In this document: piece after piece, positions 1 to 10,597 of the stretch
How positions within the stretch are numbered: the stretch's first letter is position 1
Layout of the letters: each line of letters opens with the position of its first letter
Source: Patescibacteria group bacterium
Lineage (GTDB): Bacteria; Patescibacteriota; Minisyncoccia; Phycocordibacterales; JACOZG01
Assembly (NCBI GenBank): GCA_038065495.1
Contig: JBBTQW010000002.1
Location: 1,537-65,536 of the forward strand
Reading direction: 5' to 3'
DNA: 64,000 nucleotides
Notes under the pieces: generated by a model
Seen by the model: only the letters and a program-made list of their open reading frames with translations
The model's database searches: none
What the model was told of the DNA's origin: nothing
Position numbers and translations under genes: made by a program

Positions 1-127
1 CGCTTCTTCGGCGCTGGTGTCAATTTTGAATTGCATAAAATAAGTTATCTAAATCTAGCATATTTCTAGAATAAAAAAAGCCGCGCAACTGATGAGTCGC
101 GCGGCTTGGGTCCAGCTTGTCGGGAAC

Positions 128-565
128 TTAAGCTGTTGCCACAACACCGGGAGAGTCGTGAGAAACCTGGATCATGTGCTCAATCCCAAGACTGTGGGTC
201 TTGAGGAGCCAGTCCGCACACCGCAGCCACTCTGCCTCCTCGCTGTGAGCGGTGGGGTCGTAGATGATGTCTTTGGGGTTAACGCCGTTGTGGAGCAAGA
301 AACCTCGCATCTCGTCGGCCAGGAGACAATCAGCGCTCTTAGCGCCGGTGGCAATGTAAATGGCCACTACCTCGTTGTTGGAATACTTGTCCATCGCGAT
401 CTCACAGGCTCGTTCTGTTTCTTTGGTCATCGAGCCATCTGGATTCTGCCCCGCACTGCGGATTAGCGCGCAATTCGTGATCATCACACATCCTCCGTGT
501 TTGTGGCCTATAGAATGTACTGGCAAACGCCATATCAAGTATAGCAAGCTATCTGGTTTTGTCAA
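128..565 (-). CDS. DUF218 (YdcF/ElyC-like) domain protein
   Basis: By-eye similarity to the DUF218 pattern (..GAKSAD..GVNPKDII.D..). Paralogous to ORF 35308..35808. A minus-strand intrinsic terminator (hairpin gccgcgc..gcgcggc then T-run) lies at ~78..115 just past the stop. Confidence 0.4.
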   Translation of the reverse strand: MTKPDSLLYLIWRLPVHSIGHKHGGCVMITNCALIRSAGQNPDGSMTKETERACEIAMDKYSNNEVVAIYIATGAKSADCLLADEMRGFLLHNGVNPKDIIYDPTAHSEEAEWLRCADWLLKTHSLGIEHMIQVSHDSPGVVATA

Positions 566-640
566 GTTTTATCGGTAGTGAAAAGGGTCAAAAATAGCGT
601 GTTTTTTATTTAAAAATATGCTAAAATAAAGGGATAAAAC

Positions 641-2680
<2,040 letters not shown>

Positions 2681-2794
2681 GTTTCAGCTCCACACCATGG
2701 ACAGAACCATCCGCCAGCTGGCGGATTTCTTGGTGCATCAGAAATAGACCACCATTTATCGCACTTGGCACAACGGAAGTGCGTGAGGATTTCT

Positions 2795-4036
2795 CTAGAC
2801 CGGGTATGAGTTTTTGATTTTTTCGGCAAGGTCTTGAACAGAAATATTTTCTAATTTTGTCTGACCGTTTTCAGCGTCGCGTAGTTCAACTGTCAGTTTA
2901 TTATTCTGCATTTCTTGATCCCCAATCACGACGAGATAAGGCACTTTCTGGCCTTTGTGATTTCTAATCTTCTTACCCAAACTGTCGTTATTTAAATCAA
3001 GTTCAACTCTCACTTTATTATTTTTCAGTTCGTCAGCTACTTTCTTGGCAAAGTCGTGATGATTCTCTGAAATTGGCAAGATCGCCACTTGCACGGGCGC
3101 GAGCCAAGTGGGGAAAGCCCCGGCATAATGCTCGATGAGGAAGGCCATGGTGCGTTCGAAAGTGCCGATAGAGGAACGATGGATGACGAAAGCGCGATGC
3201 GGTTTGCCGTCTTCGCCAATATAATTTAAGTCAAAACGTTCTGGCATGCAGAAGTCGTATTGGACGGTAAAGGCCGTGTCCTCTTTGCCGTTCACATTCT
3301 TCATCTGCACATCAATTTTTGGGCCGTAAAACGAAGCTTCACCTTTCGTTTCCTCAAATTCTTTGCCTCGATTCTGCATCAACCGACGCAATAGATCCTC
3401 CGCTTTTTCCCAGGCAGCTTCGTTACCCGGGTATTTTTCTTTATCATTTCGATCGCCTTGAGATAATCTGTAGCGATAATGCTCGCCTAATTTGAGACCA
3501 AAAACGCTTGCAAAATATTCGATTAAGTCCAGAGCGCGTCCAGCTTCTTCCACTGCTTGCTCTTCGCTAGCGCAGATAATGTGCGCATCGGATAAACACA
3601 TGGCGCGGACGCGCTGTAGGCCCATCAGTTCGCCGCTCTGTTCGTAACGATAGAGCTTAGAGAATTCCGCAATCCGCATTGGCAATTCGCGATAGCTGTG
3701 CGGCTCGCGCAAGTAGAGCTGGAAGTGATGCGGGCAAGTCATTGGCCGGAGCATGAACTCGTCCTCGTCAATCTTGATTGGCGCGTACATCGAGTCTTGA
3801 TAATGCGGATAATGCCCGGACTTTTTGTAGAGTTCTAGTCGTGCCAAGTCCGGCGTTTGTACATGTTGGTAACCGCGCTTGATTTCTTCGTCCACGATAA
3901 ACTTTTCTAAAATTCGTTTGACTGTCGCGCCCTTCGGCAAGAACATCGGGAGGCCTTTGCCTACGACTGGGTCAATATAAAATAAGCCCAATTGTGGTCC
4001 CAGTTTCTTGTGATCTCGTTCGTCCATTTCACTCAT
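2795..4036 (-). CDS. thrS: threonyl-tRNA synthetase, compact form without the N-terminal TGS/editing domains
   Basis: 413 aa with class II core motifs (DHKKLGPQLGLF, RPMTCPHHFQLY, RVRAMCLSDAHIIC) and a C-terminal anticodon-binding region. Confidence 0.85.
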   Translation of the reverse strand: MSEMDERDHKKLGPQLGLFYIDPVVGKGLPMFLPKGATVKRILEKFIVDEEIKRGYQHVQTPDLARLELYKKSGHYPHYQDSMYAPIKIDEDEFMLRPMTCPHHFQLYLREPHSYRELPMRIAEFSKLYRYEQSGELMGLQRVRAMCLSDAHIICASEEQAVEEAGRALDLIEYFASVFGLKLGEHYRYRLSQGDRNDKEKYPGNEAAWEKAEDLLRRLMQNRGKEFEETKGEASFYGPKIDVQMKNVNGKEDTAFTVQYDFCMPERFDLNYIGEDGKPHRAFVIHRSSIGTFERTMAFLIEHYAGAFPTWLAPVQVAILPISENHHDFAKKVADELKNNKVRVELDLNNDSLGKKIRNHKGQKVPYLVVIGDQEMQNNKLTVELRDAENGQTKLENISVQDLAEKIKNSYPV

Positions 4037-4065
4037 AATTTCCTCTATCTTAACATAAAATTTCC

Positions 4066-7000
4066 CTAACTCAACTCTTTTAAACTTTCAACCACAATGC
4101 TCGGCTCGCCGTTGCGGAGAGATAATCTACCTTTCACGGCCACGCACTTCTCGGGTTGTAATAATTCTCTCGCTTCCGCATAGACGCGAGAGAAGATGAC
4201 ACACTCAATTGTACCAGTGAAGTCAGTCAGTTTCGCGAAGGCCATTTGATCACCCTTCTTCGTATTAATCGCGCGGATTTCTTCCAAGATTCCGCCAGCG
4301 ACCACATTCTGACCTTCAAGCGCTTCGCGGACGCGGTTGATTGTGTTCTCATTCTCCTTGAACTTGTGAGCGAAGGCGTCGAGCGGATGGCCAGAGACAT
4401 ACAAGCCAAGCAGTTCCTTCTCCCAGGTCAGCTTCTCGCGGGCGCTCGCTGGCTCGGCTTCGTGGAGCTTGAGCTGTGGCACGCTGGACTGGTCAGCCAG
4501 GAGACCGAAGAGAGAATCTTGATTGTCTCCAGACTTGAGCGTGCTCTGATGATAAGCGATTAGTTGCTCTAGATTGGCGAGCAGTTTTCCTCGTTCTTCG
4601 CCGAGACTGTCTAGCGCGCCGGATTTAATCAATGCTTCTAAAGACTTTTTATTTAAATTCTTGTGCTGCACGCGCTCTAAGAAGTTCACGATAGTCTTAA
4701 ACGGTCCAGCATTCTTGCGCTCGGCCACAATTGCCTTGGCAATTTCTGTTCCCAGATTTTTAATAGTAACGAGACCAAATCTGATCTTATCTGTCTCGCC
4801 AGTTTTTTTCACCACCGTGAAGTCTTCGAAGCTTTCATTCACGTCCGGCGGGAGCACAGGCAGGTTCATCCGTTCGCATTCTTTGATCGCTTCAGACACT
4901 GTGTCCATATTGCCTGATTCGGCAGTTAGAACAGCCGTCATGTACTCAGCGGGGAAGTTAGCCTTCATATAAGCCGTCTGATAGGCCACATGGCCGTAAG
5001 AAACCGAATGCGCTTTGTTGAAGCCGTAAGCCGCAAATGGTTCCAGCCAAGTCCAAATTTCCGTCGCTTTCTTCTCCGTCCAGCCACTGTGCTCGATACA
5101 ACCCTTAATGAAGTGTTCGCGTTCGGCAGCCATCAGTTCTGGGATTTTCTTACCCACGGCTTTTCGGAATTTATCAACTTCGCCCCAGCTGTAGCCAGCG
5201 AGGTCATGCGCCATGATCAGCAAGTCGTCCTGATAAACCAGCACGCCGTAAGTCGCCTTCAAGATTTTCTCAATGGCTGGATCAGAATATTTGATTAATT
5301 TGGGATTATGTTTGCGAGAAATATAATCTGGAATAAACTGCATCGGTCCGGGCCGGTACAGCGCGACCATCGCATTGATATCGTCTACGCGCGTGGGTTT
5401 GAGCTCTTTCAGCCATTTCGTCATGCCAGAACCGTTTAGTTGAAACAAGCCAATCGTCTCACCGCGCGAGAGCATGGCGAAAGTTTTCTGATCATCGAGT
5501 GGAATCTGCTCTATGTTGATATCTTGTTCATGCAGAATTTTTACTAATTTAACAGCACTGGCCAGAATTGCTAAGTTTCTAATGCCCAGAAAATCAAACT
5601 TGGTTAAGCCTACGCCATCTTCACCCACCGCGTACATGTCATATTGCGTGATAATTGTTTCGCCCTTCGGATCATATTGTAAGGGCGTGTAATTATCCAG
5701 CGGTTCGGGCGCAATGACCACGCCGGCAGCATGGACGGAGATGTGTCGCGCACCGCCCTCCATTTTTTTTGCTAGATCTATAATTTTCTTAGTATCAGCT
5801 TCTTTCTCATATTTTTCTTTCAGTTCTGGCGTCGTCTTCAGCGCGCGTTCGATAGTCATGGGGAAGCCTTGTGAGCCCATTGGAATCAATTTAGAAATCT
5901 GATCGCCGACGCCGTAGGGATAGCCGAGCGCCCGCGCCACATCGCGCACAGCGCCCCGAGCGAGCATCGAGCCGAATGTGCCGACTTGCGCCACCTTGTC
6001 TTGACCATATTTCTGGCGCACATAGTCAATCACTTCATCCCGTCGATTATCGGCGAAGTCCATATCAATATCCGGCGCGGAGGGGCGTTCTGGGTTCAGG
6101 AAGCGCTCGAAGGGAATCTGATAGTAGAGTGGATCTACGCGTGTAATATCGAGCAGATAAGTGGTGATAGAACCAGCCACCGAACCACGAATGTTGTAAT
6201 AAATATCATGTTCGCGTGCATATCTAATTAAATCTTCCACCACCAAGAAATAAGAAGCGTAGCCTTTCAGTTTGATAATTCCCAATTCGTAATCTAATCT
6301 CTCTATTGCTTCTTTACTTTTTCCAAAACCTTTTTGTTCCAGACCGATTTCGGCCAATTCACGCAAGACTTCATCAGCAGTTTTACCGGCCGGTAGCGGA
6401 AATCTCGGGAACACAAATTTACCAAGCTCTAGATAATTTTCTTCACATTTCTCAGCAATTTTCAAACTATTCTCCACCGCTTCTGGCGCATCAGCAAAGT
6501 ATTCTCTGGCTTGCGCTGGCGAGATGAGCGAGAAATCTTCGTCTTTATTCGTAAAGCGCTTACTCTCGTCATTAAATGCGCCGGTCTGGATGGCCACTAG
6601 CGTGTCTTGCGCTTCTGCATCTTCTGGCTCGAGATAATGCGAATCTTGCGTGCCGACGAGCGGGATTTTTAATTCCCGTGCGAGTTTTATCAATTCACTT
6701 TTCAGCTCACCCTGCCGTTCAATCTTGGGATGATGCATTATTTCTATAAAATAGTTTTCCTGACCGAAAATTTCCTGATATTCCCGCGCCACTTTTTTAG
6801 CTTGTTCGAGATCTCTGTTATAAACTGCGCGCGATAATTCGCCAGCCATGCAACCGGATAAACAGATCAAACCTTCATGATGTTGCTTGAGCAAATCTTT
6901 ATCCATTCTCGGTTTGTAATAAAAACCCTCGAGATAAGATTTAGAAACTAGCTTGATTAAATTTTTATAGCCAGTCAGATTTTTCGCTAAGAGCGTGAGA

Positions 7001-7281
7001 TGATAGCGCTTGTTATCTAAGTTCGGCTCTTTGTCTAATCTCGTCCGATTTGCGACATAAGCTTCCACGCCCAAGATTGGCTTAATTCCGGCCTTCTGAC
7101 ATTCGGTATAGAAGTCGATGGCGCCGTACATCGAGCCGTGGTCGGTCAGCGCCAGTGCTGGCATGCCGAGCTTCTTCGCTTTTTTCACCAGTTCTGGAAT
7201 TTTCGACAAGCCGTCTAAGAGCGAATAGTGCGAGTGCACATGCAGGTGAACGAAAGAAGTTTTTTCAGAAGAAGCGGACAT
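4066..7281 (-). CDS. dnaE: DNA polymerase III alpha subunit
   Basis: 1071 aa. N-terminal PHP motif HLHVHSHYSLLDG, followed by polymerase core and OB-fold regions. Confidence 0.95.
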   Translation of the reverse strand: MSASSEKTSFVHLHVHSHYSLLDGLSKIPELVKKAKKLGMPALALTDHGSMYGAIDFYTECQKAGIKPILGVEAYVANRTRLDKEPNLDNKRYHLTLLAKNLTGYKNLIKLVSKSYLEGFYYKPRMDKDLLKQHHEGLICLSGCMAGELSRAVYNRDLEQAKKVAREYQEIFGQENYFIEIMHHPKIERQGELKSELIKLARELKIPLVGTQDSHYLEPEDAEAQDTLVAIQTGAFNDESKRFTNKDEDFSLISPAQAREYFADAPEAVENSLKIAEKCEENYLELGKFVFPRFPLPAGKTADEVLRELAEIGLEQKGFGKSKEAIERLDYELGIIKLKGYASYFLVVEDLIRYAREHDIYYNIRGSVAGSITTYLLDITRVDPLYYQIPFERFLNPERPSAPDIDMDFADNRRDEVIDYVRQKYGQDKVAQVGTFGSMLARGAVRDVARALGYPYGVGDQISKLIPMGSQGFPMTIERALKTTPELKEKYEKEADTKKIIDLAKKMEGGARHISVHAAGVVIAPEPLDNYTPLQYDPKGETIITQYDMYAVGEDGVGLTKFDFLGIRNLAILASAVKLVKILHEQDINIEQIPLDDQKTFAMLSRGETIGLFQLNGSGMTKWLKELKPTRVDDINAMVALYRPGPMQFIPDYISRKHNPKLIKYSDPAIEKILKATYGVLVYQDDLLIMAHDLAGYSWGEVDKFRKAVGKKIPELMAAEREHFIKGCIEHSGWTEKKATEIWTWLEPFAAYGFNKAHSVSYGHVAYQTAYMKANFPAEYMTAVLTAESGNMDTVSEAIKECERMNLPVLPPDVNESFEDFTVVKKTGETDKIRFGLVTIKNLGTEIAKAIVAERKNAGPFKTIVNFLERVQHKNLNKKSLEALIKSGALDSLGEERGKLLANLEQLIAYHQSTLKSGDNQDSLFGLLADQSSVPQLKLHEAEPASAREKLTWEKELLGLYVSGHPLDAFAHKFKENENTINRVREALEGQNVVAGGILEEIRAINTKKGDQMAFAKLTDFTGTIECVIFSRVYAEARELLQPEKCVAVKGRLSLRNGEPSIVVESLKELS

Positions 7282-7425
7282 GATTTTATTGAGAGCAGTA
7301 TAGCAAAATTTTGCTGGCCTTAAATCGCTTGACTTTTAGACTAGAGTGTGATAGGGTGGAGTTTGGAGTGCTAAATGTGGCACTTTGACAACAGAATAAA
7401 CCATTTTTCTGAAGGGAGACAAGGT

Positions 7426-7809
7426 ATGTGTTCGATAAGTATTACATCTGTAATTCCAGATCAGGAGTCATCATTTTGGCAGAAGCGCTTCGACAAAGCT
7501 GATCCTCAAACTGGACGAAAGTTAGAGTCCAGGAGACTCAAAGAAGAAATGACATTTGCCATGATGCAAAGAAAATTCAAGCCAGCGATCGTGACAGAGG
7601 CTGATGTGGTGGGTCTCATTCGCGGTGGTTCTTTGCCCAGAGGTAAGCGGATAGACTTTTTCTTTTTGGATGGTGGTGTGGTGGCAAATGTGTTTCCCGA
7701 CGATGAAAACGATGAGGACTGGTCAGTTGTCATGGATTCAGTTGACCGACCGGATATCTGGGTAGAGGATCACCATGTATTCTCGACCGCATTCGGAAAA
7801 GAGAACTGA
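7426..7809 (+). CDS. hypothetical protein
   Basis: ORF 7375..7809. An internal ATG at 7426 is preceded by a GGGAGA RBS. A strong intrinsic terminator follows the stop. Confidence 0.35.
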   Translation: MCSISITSVIPDQESSFWQKRFDKADPQTGRKLESRRLKEEMTFAMMQRKFKPAIVTEADVVGLIRGGSLPRGKRIDFFFLDGGVVANVFPDDENDEDWSVVMDSVDRPDIWVEDHHVFSTAFGKEN

Positions 7810-7832
7810 CGCAGGAGATTCTGTATCTAACC

Positions 7833-7866
7833 AAGGCCCCAGGTGAATCCTGGGGCCTTTTTTTTA
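7833..7866 (+). terminator. rho-independent terminator
   Basis: Hairpin aaggccccagg-tgaat-cctggggcctt followed by a T-run of 8. Confidence 0.7.
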
Positions 7867-7884
7867 TGCTAAAATCAGTTCAAA

Positions 7885-8568
7885 ATGCCTGAAAATTTGC
7901 AATATCTTGTTGGCGTAGACGAGGCTGGGCGCGGGCCGCTGGCTGGGCCGGTGGCGGTGGGGATAGTGTGCCTGCCCGCCATAGCCTTGGCGGAGGCGGG
8001 GTTGGGAGCCGGTGAGGAAATTTTGGCGATTTTTGGGGAGAAGGGGGTGAGGGATTCTAAAAAATTGAGTGAGAAGAAGCGCGAAGAGATTTTTGACAGA
8101 ATTCAGGAATTGAAGAAAGAAGAGAAATTAGATTTTGTGGTGACGCTAGTTAGTAATAAAGTGATAGACGAAAAGGGGATTAGCGTGGCGATAAAATCGG
8201 GAATTAGCGAATGTTTGAAAAAGTTAAATTTAAAACCAGAAAGTTGTTTAATAAAGCTTGATGGTGGCCTGAAAGCGTCAGGAAATTATCTAAATCAAGA
8301 AACTATTATCAGAGGCGATGAACAAGAACCGGTGATTGCGCTAGCGTCTATTTGCGCGAAAGTGGTGAGAGATAAATGGATGGGGGAATTAGCCAGAAAG
8401 TATCCAAATTATGCGCTAGAGAAGCACAAAGGTTATGGTACTAAATCTCACTATGAAGCGCTAAAAAAGTCTGGCATTTCGCCAATTCATCGGAAGTCTT
8501 TTCTCAAGAACTTCATAACTCACCCAACCCTCTCTTACCTTAAGAGAGGGCGAAATACAAAAAAGTAA
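7885..8568 (+). CDS. rnhB: ribonuclease HII
   Basis: VGVDEAGRGPLAGPV motif. The C-terminal tail overlaps tandem hairpins, so the true stop may be earlier. Confidence 0.9.
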   Translation: MPENLQYLVGVDEAGRGPLAGPVAVGIVCLPAIALAEAGLGAGEEILAIFGEKGVRDSKKLSEKKREEIFDRIQELKKEEKLDFVVTLVSNKVIDEKGISVAIKSGISECLKKLNLKPESCLIKLDGGLKASGNYLNQETIIRGDEQEPVIALASICAKVVRDKWMGELARKYPNYALEKHKGYGTKSHYEALKKSGISPIHRKSFLKNFITHPTLSYLKRGRNTKK

Positions 8569-8627
8569 AGTCAGCAGAACCCCCTCTTAGGGTAAGAGGG
8601 GGCAGGGGGAGTTAGAGAGAATTCGTC

Positions 8628-8656
8628 TTGCCTTTTTTGCTAGCTTGGTTTATACT
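8628..8656 (+). promoter_or_regulatory. sigma70-like promoter TTGCCT-N17-TATACT upstream of rpmF
   Basis: Hexamers read directly from the sequence. The -10 ends 8 nt before the annotated ATG, so the transcript may be leaderless or use the downstream ATG. Confidence 0.45.
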
Positions 8657-8664
8657 GGCGCCAT

Positions 8665-8886
8665 ATGGTAGTACGAATGCGACATACCCACGGGCATACC
8701 CGCAACCGGCGCTCACATCACGCGCTGGAGGCTTTGCCGCTCGTCAAGTGCGATAAATGTAGCGCGATGAAGCTTAATCACCACCTATGCGAGGCTTGCG
8801 GCACTTACAATGGGCGAGTTTTGATCGACGTGGTGGCTAAGCTCGCTAAGAAAGAGCAAAAGCGCAAACAGGCTAGCGCGAAATAG
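8665..8886 (+). CDS. rpmF: 50S ribosomal protein L32
   Basis: N-terminus rich in R/H (RNRRSHHALE) and a C-x2-C..C-x2-C zinc ribbon. Confidence 0.8.
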   Translation: MVVRMRHTHGHTRNRRSHHALEALPLVKCDKCSAMKLNHHLCEACGTYNGRVLIDVVAKLAKKEQKRKQASAK

Positions 8887-8965
8887 CGAGAAGTGCGATA
8901 ATGGGGTGATGGGAGAAGAGGAAGGAGATTATGACGGGTTCTTTTTTTTGAAAATAAAATTCTAA

Positions 8966-9877
8966 ATGGCCAATCGGCATTTATCGAGAAGTATCGCGTT
9001 GCAGTCACTCTTTGAGTGGGATTTCTGTGGCTATACTTATGATCCAGAGAAAATGCGGGCCGTGGTGGCGCGCAATGTGGCGGAGTTTGGGCCAGGGCTG
9101 GACGATGATTTATTTATTTATAAATTAGTTGAGGAAGTAATAAAGCGTCAGGACAAAATAGACTTGATTATTGGCAAAGCGGCCCCAGATTGGCCGATCG
9201 AGCAGATTGCCTTAGTTGATCGGAATGTTTTACGCGTTGGTTTGTGTGAGCTCTTATTTGCGGATCGGAGCGAGGTGCCAGCCAGGGTTGCAATAAACGA
9301 GGCAATAGAACTGGCAAAAACGTTTGGCGGCGAGAATAGTGGTAAGTTTGTGAACGGTGTGCTGGGCGCGGTATATAAAGAAATGGGCGAGCCAGGCAAA
9401 GATGATATCCCGGCCAAGAAGAGATTACCGAAAGATGTGCCGTATGAGCAAATGCCGATTGAGAAGCTCGGTGGCGCGGTGGTCTATGCGCGAGAAAATG
9501 GTCAGGTTTACTTGGCGCTCGTGCATGACATGTTTGGCTATTGGACGCTCTCGAAAGGGCATATTAAGCCGGATGAAGAGCTGAAGGCTGGCGTGGCACG
9601 AGAGATTGGTGAAGAAATGTCGCTGAGTGTAGCTGTATTAGAAAATTTGGGCGAGAACGAGTATATTTCGTCTGATCCAGAAAAGGGTAAATTGCGCAAA
9701 CAAGTGAGCTATTTTCTCGCCGAAGCGAAGAACAAAACTGATCTGGAATTAACGAAAAGTGGCGGCCTAGACGAAGCACGCTGGTTTGCGCTAAATGAGG
9801 TGGCTGACTTAAAAATGTATGATGATGTGGTGCCGTTTGTGACCAAAGCTTTAAAAATTTTAGCTAAACATGACTGA
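8966..9877 (+). CDS. nusB: NusB antitermination factor fused to a C-terminal NUDIX hydrolase domain
   Basis: N-terminal ~150 aa is NusB-like (ALQSLFEWDF.., ..INEAIELAKTFGGENSGKFVNGVLGAV). The C-terminal part carries a NUDIX box, GHIKPDEELKAGVAREIGEEMSL (G-x5-E-x7-REUxEE). Confidence 0.75.
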   Translation: MANRHLSRSIALQSLFEWDFCGYTYDPEKMRAVVARNVAEFGPGLDDDLFIYKLVEEVIKRQDKIDLIIGKAAPDWPIEQIALVDRNVLRVGLCELLFADRSEVPARVAINEAIELAKTFGGENSGKFVNGVLGAVYKEMGEPGKDDIPAKKRLPKDVPYEQMPIEKLGGAVVYARENGQVYLALVHDMFGYWTLSKGHIKPDEELKAGVAREIGEEMSLSVAVLENLGENEYISSDPEKGKLRKQVSYFLAEAKNKTDLELTKSGGLDEARWFALNEVADLKMYDDVVPFVTKALKILAKHD

Positions 9878-10574
9878 AACAACTGATTTCGCGAGATTAG
9901 AACAAAAGTGGCAGATTAAGTTTAAGAATCTGGATTTGTTGCGCCAAGCTTTTATTCACCGGTCTTATCTCAACGAACATCCGGAGAATAATCTGGGTCA
10001 CAACGAAAGATTAGAATTTCTCGGTGATGCGGTGCTGGAATTAGTGGTAACCGATTATTTGTTTAAAAAATATCAGACCGAGAACGAGGGCGAGCTCACG
10101 GCTTATCGTGCGGCTCTGGTTAATTCGGAATCATTATCAGCCGTAGCGGCCGAGGCTGGCTTGAACGATTATTTATTACTTTCTCGTGGCGAGCAGAAGG
10201 ATACGGGCCGAGCCAGGCAAGCAATTCTCGCTAATACTTTTGAGTCTGTTGTGGCCGCGATTTTTCTCGATCAAGGCTATGATACGGCGCGCGACTTTAT
10301 TGCGAAATATTTATTTTCTAAGACAGAAGAGATGGTGGATAAAGAGCTCTGGCGTGATGCCAAAAGTTTGTTTCAGGAGCGTGCGCAGGCTGGTTTAAAT
10401 ATCACGCCAAATTATCAAGTAATCTCAGAAACTGGCCCGGATCACGATAAAATTTTTACGGTTGGTTTGTACTTAAACGATGAACTAATTGCCGAGGGCG
10501 TGGGGCCGAGCAAACAACGAGCTGAACAGGAGGCGGCCCGGATTGGCTTGCTGGTCAAAGATTGGCAGAAATAA
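9870..10574 (+). CDS. rnc: ribonuclease III
   Basis: RNase III signature ERLEFLGDAVLELVVTDYLF and a C-terminal dsRBD. Confidence 0.9.
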   Translation: MTETTDFARLEQKWQIKFKNLDLLRQAFIHRSYLNEHPENNLGHNERLEFLGDAVLELVVTDYLFKKYQTENEGELTAYRAALVNSESLSAVAAEAGLNDYLLLSRGEQKDTGRARQAILANTFESVVAAIFLDQGYDTARDFIAKYLFSKTEEMVDKELWRDAKSLFQERAQAGLNITPNYQVISETGPDHDKIFTVGLYLNDELIAEGVGPSKQRAEQEAARIGLLVKDWQK

Positions 10575-10597
10575 AATAAAAACAAGAAAAAAATAAG

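Noticed and set aside
92-466. Plus-strand 124-aa ORF overlapping the DUF218 gene
   Set aside because: It is antisense to a better-supported minus-strand gene and has no motif or RBS.
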